From an uncultured virus (IMG/VR IMGVR_UViG_3300022602_000070) (taxonomy: Duplodnaviria; Heunggongvirae; Uroviricota; Caudoviricetes): 64,000 nt of DNA. The notes under the pieces are model-generated. The model searched no databases. It saw only the letters and a list, made by a program, of their open reading frames with translations, and had not been told where the DNA came from. The stretch's first letter is position 1, and every line of letters begins with the position of its first letter. Positions 40,169 to 50,122 of the stretch are shown here, piece by piece. The DNA lies in the IMG/VR virus record IMGVR_UViG_3300022602_000070, one strand, 5' to 3'. Both the position numbers and the translations under genes were made by a program.

Positions 40169-40188
40169 TATTTATCGTTAGCTAAATA
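40169..40188. promoter_or_regulatory. Back-to-back late promoters (TAAATA on - at 40169-40174; on + at 40183-40188)
   Basis: Two TAAATA motifs in the 44-bp gap between the divergent neck genes. Confidence 0.7.
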
Positions 40189-40207
40189 TACTAGGAGAAT
40201 TAAAAAA

Positions 40208-41002
40208 ATGGCAGATTCGGCACCATCAAATACACAAAGTAACTCAACAGTTGAACGCAATGCAGTGTTTGATTACGTCAAACTCATGCTAGGTAGCGGC
40301 ATGGTTGATGTGGAGCTAGATCCTGCACATTACGAAATGGCTTTAGACCGTGCCCTTACGAAATACCGTCAACGTAGCCCAAATGCTGTTGAAGAAAGTT
40401 ATTTGTTCTTAGAACTAATCCAGGATCAAAATGAATATAGATTGCCAGATGAAGTTATCACAGTCCGTCAAGTGTTTCGTAGAGCTATTGGCTCAAGAAC
40501 TGGTATTGGTGCGGGTGGTACTTTATTTGAACCGTTTAACTTAGCCTATACAAACACTTATCTAATGTCAGGTAGTATGATGGGTGGTTTAGCAACGTAT
40601 GATGCGTTTGCTGGATATCAAAAACTAGTAGGTCGTATGTTTGGTTCTTATATTGAATTCTTATGGAAACCTACTACCCATATTTTAAATATTTTACAAC
40701 GTCCGTTTGCCCAAGGCGAACAAATTTTAGTACAAAGTTATAACTATAGACCAGATTGGGTATTATTGCAAGACATTTATTGTAAGCAATGGCTCAAAGA
40801 TTATACATTGGCAACTTGCAAAGAAATGTTAGGCGAAGCACGTAGCAAATTTAGTACCATAGCAGGCCCAGGCGGTTCAGGCATGCAATTAAATGGTACT
40901 GCACTCAAAAGCGAAGCTAAAGAATTAATTGAAAAATTAGAAAAAGAACTTATTACCAATGAAGTTAATGGTAGCAATGCCTATTATTTCATAACTGGCT
41001 AA
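40208..41002 (+). CDS. gp13: Neck protein (T4 gp13-like)
   Basis: YVKLMLGSGMVDVELD, WLKDYTLA..KEMLGEARSKF, PGG..LNG..LK.EA..EKLE. Confidence 0.8.
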   Translation: MADSAPSNTQSNSTVERNAVFDYVKLMLGSGMVDVELDPAHYEMALDRALTKYRQRSPNAVEESYLFLELIQDQNEYRLPDEVITVRQVFRRAIGSRTGIGAGGTLFEPFNLAYTNTYLMSGSMMGGLATYDAFAGYQKLVGRMFGSYIEFLWKPTTHILNILQRPFAQGEQILVQSYNYRPDWVLLQDIYCKQWLKDYTLATCKEMLGEARSKFSTIAGPGGSGMQLNGTALKSEAKELIEKLEKELITNEVNGSNAYYFITG

Positions 41003-41010
41003 GAAATTTC

Positions 41011-41039
41011 TTGACCTTGTAATAAAACTGTTATATACT
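41011..41039 (+). promoter_or_regulatory. Sigma70-type promoter
   Basis: TTGACC (41011-41016), 17-bp spacer, TATACT (41034-41039). Confidence 0.75.
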
Positions 41040-41060
41040 AGAGTTACTTTAGGGGGCTCT

Positions 41061-41750
41061 ATGATTATAGGTGTGTGCGGTTTTATCGGTTCTGGCAAAG
41101 ATACTATTGCCGATTATCTTACTAACTTTCACGGTTTTCGTCGAGAATCGTTTGCAAACTCCCTTAAAGATGCAGTAGCACAAGTGTTTGGATGGGATCG
41201 CACTATGTTAGAAGGCCGCACCAAACAAGCCCGTGAATGGCGTGAACAAGTAGATCCTTGGTGGGCAGAACGATTGAACATGCCTAATTTAACACCCCGT
41301 TGGGTATTACAATATTGGGGCACTGAAGTTTGCCGAAAAGGCTTCCATGACGATATTTGGATTGCCTCATTAGAGAATAAACTACGCAACTCAAAAGATG
41401 ACATAGTTATTAGTGACTGCCGTTTTCCTAATGAAATTAAATCAATTAAAAATGCAGGTGGAATAGTTGTCCGTGTAAAACGTGGTGAAGAGCCAGAATG
41501 GTACAAAGATGCCGCTGATATGAATGCCGGCGATACATGTATGAATTATATGCTGGCTAAAACACGTATGCTAAAACTAGGCATTCACGCTAGTGAAACT
41601 GCTTGGGTTGGAACTAAGTTTGATTATGTTTTTGCTAATGATTCTAGTATAGACGACTTATACGCCCAAGTAAAAACTCTTATAAATCCGGAACAAGATC
41701 CCCTTGCTTCCAGCGAACGCCCTCTTTATGCAGGACTCGCTGGCAATTAG
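41061..41750 (+). CDS. gp1: Deoxynucleoside monophosphate kinase (T4 gp1-like)
   Basis: IIGVCGFIGSGKDT P-loop, FA..LKD, TPR..LQ..GTE..R, ISDCRFPNE. Confidence 0.88.
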   Translation: MIIGVCGFIGSGKDTIADYLTNFHGFRRESFANSLKDAVAQVFGWDRTMLEGRTKQAREWREQVDPWWAERLNMPNLTPRWVLQYWGTEVCRKGFHDDIWIASLENKLRNSKDDIVISDCRFPNEIKSIKNAGGIVVRVKRGEEPEWYKDAADMNAGDTCMNYMLAKTRMLKLGIHASETAWVGTKFDYVFANDSSIDDLYAQVKTLINPEQDPLASSERPLYAGLAGN

Positions 41751-42006
41751 CACAAATTGTTTTTAAGTTATTATGACGGCAATTATTCAAATCGCCGTCT
41801 ACGTGAAACACCGCAAATACTTCTTTGTGCGGTGATTTAAAGCCACACTTGTCGCAATAGCTTTTCATAGTATATCCAGCCATAACCCACCGAGGAAGTT
41901 TAACACCTCGTAAGCATGCGCCGCATTGACTTCTATAATAAGGTTTTTTATTTTTATAATAGTTGATTGCAACTGGGTGCAATCCACAACTGCATAGTGG
42001 TCTCAT
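41680..42006 (-). CDS. Zn-ribbon HNH endonuclease-like protein
   Basis: CSC, CGAC, CDKC, VFHVDGDLNN...NLKTICANC; TAAATA 5 nt upstream (42012-42017). Confidence 0.7.
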   Translation of the reverse strand: MRPLCSCGLHPVAINYYKNKKPYYRSQCGACLRGVKLPRWVMAGYTMKSYCDKCGFKSPHKEVFAVFHVDGDLNNCRHNNLKTICANCQRVLHKEGVRWKQGDLVPDL

Positions 42007-42110
42007 GCAGTTATTTAAGCCTTTTTGAAGCCTTTTCCGGTGCGTTAACAGCTATAAAAAGTCCAAAAGCCATAAATACATTAAGAACATGTACTCATGG
42101 AGATAATACA

Positions 42111-45100
42111 ATGGCTCAACTTAATTCACCAGGCGTAAGCGTAACCGTAATAGACGAAAGTTTCTATACACCAGCTGCCCCAGGTACCGTACCTCTTATC
42201 GTAGTCGCTAGTCAAGCGAATAAAATGAACTCATCTGGAACAGGTATTGCTCCAGGTACTTTAGAAGCAAATGCAGGTAAAGTCTATTTGCTAACAAGTC
42301 AACAAGACTTGGGAAGTACTTTTGGTATTCCTTATTTCCAAACTGATGCAGAAAACAATCCTATTAACGCTAGCGAAATTAACGAATACGGTTTACAAGC
42401 CGCTTACAGTTTCCTAGGCGTAAGCAATCGTGCATACGTTGTACGTGCTGATTTAGATACAAGTCAACTAATTGGTGAAACAGACGCTCCTAGTGCTCCT
42501 CCATCGGATGGTACATACTGGTTCGATGTTACAGATACACAATTTGGTATTTTCCAATGGAATAGTTCTCCAGCAACAACTACTGGCGGACAGTTATTTG
42601 TTAATCAACAATCAGTTAATAATTTTTCATATGTTACAAATGTTAGTTTAATCGATACTGCTGGTGCATATGGTCCACAGTACGCACCATTGCCAAGTTA
42701 TGGTGCATTAGGTGACTATGCTATAACAGGTGACACTTCTGGTACAACTACATTAATTAAATTATGGCTTAAAAAATACCAAACTAGTACAGCCGCAGGA
42801 ACATGGGTTGAAGTAGGTACAGCTAACTGGGTAGCTAGCTGGCCAACATTAACAGCTGGTGCGGCTCCAAGTTCATTAACAGCTGGCGCAACATTTATTA
42901 TTAACGGTATCACAATTACTGTTCCTGTTGCTCCAAATAACACAATCGCAAATTTAGTAACACAAATTACTACAGCAGTATCTAGCAATCCAGTAGTGTT
43001 AGGCGGTGTTACAGCGGCTGTTGTTAATGGATATTTGAACATTTATTCAAACGGAACTAGTGTTTACAATTCCTTACAAAATGGTAGCTTAACTATCAGC
43101 GGCACAGCATTAGCTAGTTTAGGATTTACAGCAGGTTCATACTTATGCCCACAATTAACAATGAGTCCGCACTATAGCGTTCCATTGTATGGCACATTTG
43201 ACCAAACAGGAAACGGTTATACAAACGGTGCTCCAACAGGTTCTATATGGGTTAAGACTACTCCAGTAAATTTAGGAGCAAGCTATTTCATTAAGAAATA
43301 CAACGCGGCAACTAGTACATGGATTCAACAACCAGTACAATTATTTGCTAACAATCAGTCTGCATTAGCAACATTAGATCCTACAGGCGGTGGTATTAAT
43401 TTACCAATTGGTACATCATATGTAAAATACGGCGACAACGAAGCGGTTGTTCCATCAGCAAATGGTTCCGAAGCTAACGTTCCAGCAAGATTTAAATTGT
43501 ATACACGTACTGGTGTAGGTGCAACTAAGGTTACATCTAATCCATTTACAAATGGTACATTTGACACTAACCCACTAACAGCAGTTGGTCAAGGTTACAT
43601 TGGCGGTGCAACTGCTAGTGCAACTGGTATTATTTCTGCAGGTGACGGTGTTACAGCTGGTACAGTTTTATCTGTAACTGGAACTGTAACTGGTACATTT
43701 GCAACAGGTATGCATATTACTGGTACAGGTACCACAGCATCAACTATTTCAGCAATTAATTCAGCATCGCTCACAGGCACTGTAGGTCCTACATTGTCAA
43801 GTATTACAATTACTTCTAATACTGGTGTGTTTGGTTGCTCAACAGCAGGCATAACACTAGTTACTGGTATGCCAGTAACTATTAGTGGTACATTAGGTGG
43901 TACTGGTTCTATTAGCGGATACGCCGGTGGCCCAACAACATATTACATCATTGGTTCTCCAACACAGACATCATTCCAGTTGTCAGCTACAAAAGGTGGC
44001 TCAGCAATCACAACAACCACTGGTACTCCATCTGGTTTAACATTTACTCTTGCTGTGTTATCTGTATCTGGCGTGTCAAGCGGAACAATTAGTGCAGGTA
44101 TGGTAATTACTGGTTCTGGCATTACTGCTGGTACATATATTAACGCACTTGGTACAGGTTCTGGTGGAAATGGTACATATTTCTTAAATCAAGGAACTAC
44201 CGGTACTCCAACAACTGGCACAAGTTATACAGTTAGTGCAAGCCAATTAGTAGCATCAACAACTATCACTGGTATTGCCGCAGGTAATACTTTAAACATT
44301 ACAGGATCTACTAGCGGTACATACACAGTAGGTATGGTATTGAGTGGTATTGGTACTTCGGGTATTACAATTACCGCAGTATTGTCAGGCTCAGGCGGCG
44401 TTGGTACATATACTATTGGAGGTTCAGCATCATATGTTGCATCTACAACAATTACTGGTACAGCATCTAGTGAAACATATTCATTTACAGTTGTAGCTAG
44501 CCAAGTTGGTAGTGCTTCATTACCAACAACTGCTCCATTGTTAGCTACTGTAACGTTTGGTGCAGTTGGTAATGCGTTAACTGATGCTCAAGCATTCTTA
44601 CAAGCATTTAGTTCAGCAGTAACTGATCCTAACCTTTCAGCAACATTAGGCGGAACAACACTTGCTCCAACAATTACTATTACACACCTTGCAGGCGGTG
44701 ATATTAAATTTGTAGACGGTGCAAACTTACCATTAGGTTCAATCTTCTCAACAAGTACAACTGCAAACTGGTATAACTGTGCTAACGGTGTTACAAATAA
44801 CTATATTGCTACACTATGGAGCCCAACAGTTAGTGGTTCAGCATTTGCTCCAGCGGCAATTACTGCTCCTACTAGCAATCCAGCAGACGGTACTTTATGG
44901 TACAACACAGATATCACTGATGTTGATATCATGGTTAACAACGGTACTTCATGGGTTGGTTATTTAAACTATACACAAAATGCAGTTGGTGGTTCGACAA
45001 CAGATCCAAAGGGTCCAATCGTAAGCGATTTAGCTCCAACTACTCAAGCAAGCGGTGCCGCACTTGCTAATGGAGATATTTGGATTAGCACAGCTGATTT

Positions 45101-46463
45101 AGAAAATTTCCCACTAGTTTACAAATATAACTTTTTAACAAAATCTTGGGTACTAGTTAACAATACAGACCACACATCAAGCAACGGTATTATTTTTGCT
45201 GATGCACGTTGGGGTATTGAGCCAAACACACAACCAGCACCAACAAGCGGAACAGTTGCAGAGTCTACTATTCCTGCATTGTTAAGCAGTAACTTTGTCG
45301 ACTTTGACGCACCTAATCCTGCATTGTATCCAAAAGGTATGTTGTTATGGAATCTACGTCGTTCAGGATTTAACGTTAAGCAGTATGTCACGAATTACGT
45401 TAATCAACAAGCATACAACACAATGTATCAAAATACATTGATGAGTTATTACTCTCCAGATCGTTGGGTAAGTGCCGCTCCAAACAACTTAGATGGTTCT
45501 GGCGCATTCGGTCGTCATGCACAACGCGGTGTTGTATTGAAAGCATTGCTCGCTACTATCGAAAGTAACACAAACATTCGTCAACCAGATACAGTTATTT
45601 TTAACTTATTAAGTTGCCCAGGTTACTTAGAAGTAACAAGTGCGCTAGTAAACTTAAATACTGATAATGGACAAACAGCGTTTATCGTTGCAGATGCTCC
45701 AGCTCGTTTAACACCAGATGCTACAAGTTTAAGTAACTGGGGTAATAACACAGCTCAAGCCGCAGAAGATGGCGACACTGGTTTAATTGTAACAGACCCA
45801 TATACAGCAGTTTATTACCCATGGGGTTATACAGCAGACTTGTTAGGTAACAACATTGTTGTTCCTCCAAGCCATATTATGTTACGTACAATCGCATTAA
45901 GCGACAATGTTTCTTATCCATGGTTTGCACCAGCTGGTGTACGTCGTGGTGGTGTAACAAACGTTAGTTCAGTTGGTTATGTCGATACTGCTACAGGTGA
46001 ATTTATTACTGTTGCATTAAACACAGGACAAAGAGATACATTGGCCGCAATCCATGTTAACCCAATTACATATATTGCTGGTACAGGACTAGTTGCATAC
46101 GGACAGTACACACGTCAGTTAGTTGCTAGTGCAATGGATCGTATTAACGTAGCACGTTTGGTAATCTACATGCGTTACCAATTAAATGCTATCGCTAAAC
46201 CGTTTATCTTTGAACCAAACGATACTATTACACGTAATGAAATTAAACAACAAATTGAAAAATTATTGTTAGAGTTAACAGCAGAACGTGCATTGTATGA
46301 CTACTTAGTAGTGTGCGATTCAAGTAACAACACACCGGCTAGAATTGATGCCAGCGAATTGTATGTTGACATTGCTATCGAACCAGTTAAGGCAGTGGAA
46401 TTCATTTACATTCCACTACGCTTAGAAAACACAGGCGCAATCAAAGGCTTGGCCGGCGCATAA
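42111..46463 (+). CDS. gp18: Tail sheath protein (T4 gp18-like), enlarged to 1450 aa
   Basis: Start at 42111 (TAAATA 42073-42078, GGAG RBS); SPGVSVTVIDES, YPWFAPAG.RRG, DRINVARL, FEPND..TR, IEPVKAVEFIYIP. Confidence 0.92.
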   Translation: MAQLNSPGVSVTVIDESFYTPAAPGTVPLIVVASQANKMNSSGTGIAPGTLEANAGKVYLLTSQQDLGSTFGIPYFQTDAENNPINASEINEYGLQAAYSFLGVSNRAYVVRADLDTSQLIGETDAPSAPPSDGTYWFDVTDTQFGIFQWNSSPATTTGGQLFVNQQSVNNFSYVTNVSLIDTAGAYGPQYAPLPSYGALGDYAITGDTSGTTTLIKLWLKKYQTSTAAGTWVEVGTANWVASWPTLTAGAAPSSLTAGATFIINGITITVPVAPNNTIANLVTQITTAVSSNPVVLGGVTAAVVNGYLNIYSNGTSVYNSLQNGSLTISGTALASLGFTAGSYLCPQLTMSPHYSVPLYGTFDQTGNGYTNGAPTGSIWVKTTPVNLGASYFIKKYNAATSTWIQQPVQLFANNQSALATLDPTGGGINLPIGTSYVKYGDNEAVVPSANGSEANVPARFKLYTRTGVGATKVTSNPFTNGTFDTNPLTAVGQGYIGGATASATGIISAGDGVTAGTVLSVTGTVTGTFATGMHITGTGTTASTISAINSASLTGTVGPTLSSITITSNTGVFGCSTAGITLVTGMPVTISGTLGGTGSISGYAGGPTTYYIIGSPTQTSFQLSATKGGSAITTTTGTPSGLTFTLAVLSVSGVSSGTISAGMVITGSGITAGTYINALGTGSGGNGTYFLNQGTTGTPTTGTSYTVSASQLVASTTITGIAAGNTLNITGSTSGTYTVGMVLSGIGTSGITITAVLSGSGGVGTYTIGGSASYVASTTITGTASSETYSFTVVASQVGSASLPTTAPLLATVTFGAVGNALTDAQAFLQAFSSAVTDPNLSATLGGTTLAPTITITHLAGGDIKFVDGANLPLGSIFSTSTTANWYNCANGVTNNYIATLWSPTVSGSAFAPAAITAPTSNPADGTLWYNTDITDVDIMVNNGTSWVGYLNYTQNAVGGSTTDPKGPIVSDLAPTTQASGAALANGDIWISTADLENFPLVYKYNFLTKSWVLVNNTDHTSSNGIIFADARWGIEPNTQPAPTSGTVAESTIPALLSSNFVDFDAPNPALYPKGMLLWNLRRSGFNVKQYVTNYVNQQAYNTMYQNTLMSYYSPDRWVSAAPNNLDGSGAFGRHAQRGVVLKALLATIESNTNIRQPDTVIFNLLSCPGYLEVTSALVNLNTDNGQTAFIVADAPARLTPDATSLSNWGNNTAQAAEDGDTGLIVTDPYTAVYYPWGYTADLLGNNIVVPPSHIMLRTIALSDNVSYPWFAPAGVRRGGVTNVSSVGYVDTATGEFITVALNTGQRDTLAAIHVNPITYIAGTGLVAYGQYTRQLVASAMDRINVARLVIYMRYQLNAIAKPFIFEPNDTITRNEIKQQIEKLLLELTAERALYDYLVVCDSSNNTPARIDASELYVDIAIEPVKAVEFIYIPLRLENTGAIKGLAGA

Positions 46464-46478
46464 TTAGGAGAATATTAA

Positions 46479-47105
46479 ATGTCAATTGCAGCCTTATCAA
46501 ATTTTACAGTACCATTAGCAAGTGATCAATCAGCAAGCTCGCAAGGCTTGTTGATGCCCAAGCTAAAATACAGATTCCGTCTAAGTTTTGAAAACTTCGG
46601 CGTATCTAGTCCTACTACTGAATTAACTAAACAAGTTCAGGATGCGGCACGCCCACAAGTTAAGTTTACCGATCAAGTTATTGAAATTTACAACAGTAAA
46701 ATTCATTATGCAGGCAAACCAGCTTGGGAACCAATTCCTATCAAACTACGTGATGACGTATCTGGTCAAGTTACCAAGTTAGTTGGCGAACAAAATCAGA
46801 AACAATTCGATTTCTTTGAACAAAGTTCAGCGGCAAGTGCTGGTGATTATAAGTTCACATTACGTATTGAAATGTTAGATGGCGGTAACGGTTCACACAC
46901 TCCTAACGTTCTCGAAACATGGGAATGTTATGGTTGTTACTTAGAATCAACAAACTGGCAATCATTGGACTATAAAGAACAAGGCCCAGTAATGATTGAT
47001 ATTAGTATTCGTTTTGATAATGCTGTACAAACATCAGGCGGATCTTTAGGATCATCTACATCAGTAATGCCTAGCACAAGTGGCGGCAGTTTATTAGGTA
47101 GTTAA
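46479..47105 (+). CDS. gp19: Tail tube protein (T4 gp19-like)
   Basis: AGGAG RBS; PKLKYRFR, YAGK..W, LETWECYGC, LDY...IRFDNA; directly follows the sheath. Confidence 0.8.
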   Translation: MSIAALSNFTVPLASDQSASSQGLLMPKLKYRFRLSFENFGVSSPTTELTKQVQDAARPQVKFTDQVIEIYNSKIHYAGKPAWEPIPIKLRDDVSGQVTKLVGEQNQKQFDFFEQSSAASAGDYKFTLRIEMLDGGNGSHTPNVLETWECYGCYLESTNWQSLDYKEQGPVMIDISIRFDNAVQTSGGSLGSSTSVMPSTSGGSLLGS

Positions 47106-47108
47106 TTT

Positions 47109-47133
47109 AAAGCCCACTCAACGTGGGCTTTTT
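47109..47133 (+). terminator. Intrinsic terminator
   Basis: AAAGCCCAC-TCAAC-GTGGGC-TTTTT. Confidence 0.85.
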
Positions 47134-47181
47134 ATTAGGCGTTCATAAACTACGCAGTTTATTATTTAAATAAATAAAGTT

Positions 47182-48174
47182 ATGTCCTTTACAGCCAACA
47201 ATAATTTAAAAAATACTGGGTTTCCTACAGTTTTAAAAGACTGGCAACATGCCGCAAGGATGTTCAACGACCAACAATTTAGGCTTGCACCTAAATTAGA
47301 TTTCCAGTTTCATGTGGCATTTAATATTAATACTGCGGCTTTAAAAAATGCCAACATCTATACCAAGTATGGTAATGAAATTAATATGCTAGTCAAAGGA
47401 CTTGATTTGCCAACATATACTGTACAAGTAGATACACTGAATCAATACAACAGAAAAAAGAATATACAGTATCAACATTCTTATGGCGAGTTGTCTATAA
47501 AATTTCACGATGACAACATGGGTCTAATCAACCAAATGTGGCAAAATTATTATAGTTATTATTATGCAGATTCTACCAGTGCGGCAGGTTCTGGAAACTA
47601 TAATAGAACAGCGATGAAAAGTTCTAATTACATCAATAGTCCGTATGGTTTAGACAACGGTAGTACTGCACCATTTTTTAATTACATTAAAGTTTATCAG
47701 ATGGCTCGTCATGAATATATTAGCTATCAACTAGTAAACCCTATAATAACATCTTGGAGCCATAACAAATTAGATTATGCACAGACTAAAACACACGACT
47801 TTGACATGAAGATCAAGTTTGAAGCTGTAGCATACGGTAACGGAGTAGTAACTCCTGGCGACCCAGAAGGCTTTGGCATATCTCATTATGATGTTAATCC
47901 TAGTCCGTTAGCTGGTGTTAACCCAGACCCAACCGTATTTGATCCAAGTTTTGTTCAAGCGTTAGATCTAGAGAGTGCCGCTCCTGCAATTATTAATAAC
48001 ACAATTTCTACAGTTAATACATATCAAAATACACAGTTACCAACTACTGCACAAACAACTACATCAGTGAGTGGCTCTACTACTCAAACAATTGGCGGAA
48101 TATCAGGAGTAGCATTTCCTACAACTACTTCTGCAAATAATACAGTAGCTACTCCTGTTAAATTAGGATCTTAA
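47182..48174 (+). CDS. Tail-tube-like baseplate/tube initiator protein
   Basis: LVKGLDLP.Y....NQYNRK, I.FHDD, LVNP.ITSW.H..LDY tube-fold-like motifs. Confidence 0.55.
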   Translation: MSFTANNNLKNTGFPTVLKDWQHAARMFNDQQFRLAPKLDFQFHVAFNINTAALKNANIYTKYGNEINMLVKGLDLPTYTVQVDTLNQYNRKKNIQYQHSYGELSIKFHDDNMGLINQMWQNYYSYYYADSTSAAGSGNYNRTAMKSSNYINSPYGLDNGSTAPFFNYIKVYQMARHEYISYQLVNPIITSWSHNKLDYAQTKTHDFDMKIKFEAVAYGNGVVTPGDPEGFGISHYDVNPSPLAGVNPDPTVFDPSFVQALDLESAAPAIINNTISTVNTYQNTQLPTTAQTTTSVSGSTTQTIGGISGVAFPTTTSANNTVATPVKLGS

Positions 48175-48175
48175 A

Positions 48176-48544
48176 ATGGCATCTATTAATTTACCAACAC
48201 AACAATCATCTGGTTCAACAAATGTTAAAACATTTTTTAACAATTATTTTACACAAGCTGTAAGTTTTCCAGCAACTGAAATCGATGCTACTGTAGGATT
48301 TTTTACAAAAAGAGGTTTTGATCAAAACAGTGCAAGAAGTACAGCCATTGTAATGTTAAATCAAGCTCGTTCAGAAAACGTAGGTGTTTTTAGTTTACTA
48401 GATAGTTTAAAATCGTTAACTGATATTCAACTTAGCCAAGTTGTAGCTCAAGTGTTAAACAATTCTAGAGAAAAAACTAGCTTACTAGGTTACAGAGTAC
48501 AACCGGTAGCCGATACTTACGAAAGTCGCAACATTCTAGTGTAA
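48176..48544 (+). CDS. Hypothetical protein (tail/baseplate region)
   Basis: 122 aa, tightly packed ORF. Confidence 0.6.
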   Translation: MASINLPTQQSSGSTNVKTFFNNYFTQAVSFPATEIDATVGFFTKRGFDQNSARSTAIVMLNQARSENVGVFSLLDSLKSLTDIQLSQVVAQVLNNSREKTSLLGYRVQPVADTYESRNILV

Positions 48545-48545
48545 T

Positions 48546-48983
48546 ATGGCAACAAAATTTGCTCGAGGAAAGTTCGCAATGAAGCACCCAGAGAAGTATG
48601 TAGGAACTAAACAACCTACATATAGATCTAGCTGGGAATGGACTTTTATGAACTTTTGCGATACTAACTTAGCTGTGCAAAAATGGGCCAGCGAAGCTAT
48701 TCAAATCCCGTATAAAGATCCGTTAACCAACAGACAAACAGTTTATGTGCCAGATTTCTTTATTCAGTACGTGGACAAATTCAACAAGGTATCGACAGAA
48801 TTAATCGAAATTAAACCTAGTAGCCAACAAATTTTAGAACGTGTAGGCAAAAACAAATACAATCAAGCACAGTATGTAAAAAATCAAGCCAAATGGGCTG
48901 CCGCTGGGCTTTGGTGCAAACAGCAAGGTATCCGATTCAGAATACTTAATGAAAATGATATCTTCGCCGGAACATCGAGATAA
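48546..48983 (+). CDS. gp4: Head completion nuclease (T4 gp4-like, TnsA-type)
   Basis: YRSSWE..FM.FCD, WASE...IPY, YVPDF, IEIKP, KW.AA. Confidence 0.85.
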   Translation: MATKFARGKFAMKHPEKYVGTKQPTYRSSWEWTFMNFCDTNLAVQKWASEAIQIPYKDPLTNRQTVYVPDFFIQYVDKFNKVSTELIEIKPSSQQILERVGKNKYNQAQYVKNQAKWAAAGLWCKQQGIRFRILNENDIFAGTSR

Positions 48984-48991
48984 GTAAGTTT

Positions 48992-49471
48992 ATGACTAGA
49001 AAACTAGAAGAACTACTTAATTTACCTGAAAGCAAAAAAATTGTTAAGCAGGAAGAAAAAATACAAGCTCGTGCAGTAGCCGCGCCATTGTTGCGTGATA
49101 TATCCGAATTTGATAAAATTGCCTCTGCTCTACCAGAAGTTAAAGGGTTGGGAGATGCAGGCGATGCAGAGTTGGATGCACTCGCACAAAAAGCTACAGA
49201 CGCATACGATGATATTATGGACTTAGGCATGAATGTAGAAGCCCGCTATAGTGCTCGAATGTTTGAAGTAGCCGCAAGTATGCTAAAAAATGCAATCGAC
49301 GCTAAAACAGCAAAACTTGATAAGAAATTAAAAATGATTGATTTACAGCTGAAAAAACAGAAGTTAGATCAAGATGCCAATAGTGCCGATGAAGGTGTAA
49401 CCCTGCAAGGCGATGGAGTTATTATTACAGATCGCAATAGCTTGTTGGAAAAATTAAAGAATTTAAAATAA
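48992..49471 (+). CDS. Probable terminase small subunit
   Basis: Helical protein with LMDLG-like motif, (R)MFEVA..MLK.A..AK and a C-terminal DRN.LL; near the large terminase. Confidence 0.5.
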   Translation: MTRKLEELLNLPESKKIVKQEEKIQARAVAAPLLRDISEFDKIASALPEVKGLGDAGDAELDALAQKATDAYDDIMDLGMNVEARYSARMFEVAASMLKNAIDAKTAKLDKKLKMIDLQLKKQKLDQDANSADEGVTLQGDGVIITDRNSLLEKLKNLK

Positions 49472-49492
49472 ATACAATACTGGGATTACACT

Positions 49493-50122
49493 ATGAAATC
49501 ATTTAAAGAATACTTAACAGAAAGCAAGAAAGTTTACGAATTTAAGGTAAAAATTGCTGGGGATTGCCCTACAAACTGCCAAGCACAGATCAAATCAGCT
49601 TTGGCCGAATTCCACGTTGCTAGCGTTAGTCCAGCACGTCGCACACCAATTCAAGAACGTCATTCAGAATTTCCAGAACACAAAAATGTTCATATGACTA
49701 TTTTTGATGTTACTACCGATTACCCAGCAAATAGCGTTCAAGTGCGTGAGCGTGTAGCTAGCGGTTTAGGACTAGCTCAAGCAAATGTTAAAGTAAAAAC
49801 TATCGGAGAAGAATCCGAACACGCTATCAATCATGAACATGATGAGCGTACCGGCGAAGCTATTTTAGGCACAGACTATGAAGCTAGCGACAACAGCGAC
49901 TTAGTAGGCGAAAAACATAAGATGGCTTTTTTAGCAGATCTTAATAAAGACAAGCATCAAGGCACACACATTAAAGGTATCAATGAAAAATTGTTAGCAG
50001 GATCTGTTCCTGGCCAAGCTAAGGAATATCGTAAAGAAAAAGATATAACAGTTGAAAAGGGAACTGTTAGCCCTATGTCTAAACAAAACAAAATCCCTGA
50101 TCCAATGAAGGGAGTAAAATAA
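49493..50122 (+). CDS. Probable internal head protein
   Basis: TAAATA at 49469-49474; N-terminus MKSFKEYLTE resembles T4 internal-protein capsid-targeting sequences. Confidence 0.5.
   Translation: MKSFKEYLTESKKVYEFKVKIAGDCPTNCQAQIKSALAEFHVASVSPARRTPIQERHSEFPEHKNVHMTIFDVTTDYPANSVQVRERVASGLGLAQANVKVKTIGEESEHAINHEHDERTGEAILGTDYEASDNSDLVGEKHKMAFLADLNKDKHQGTHIKGINEKLLAGSVPGQAKEYRKEKDITVEKGTVSPMSKQNKIPDPMKGVK

Noticed and set aside
41967..42110. 48 aa N-terminal extension of the sheath ORF in the ORF track
   Set aside because: Overlaps the HNH gene and the promoters; the ATG at 42111 has an RBS and gives the canonical SPGV start
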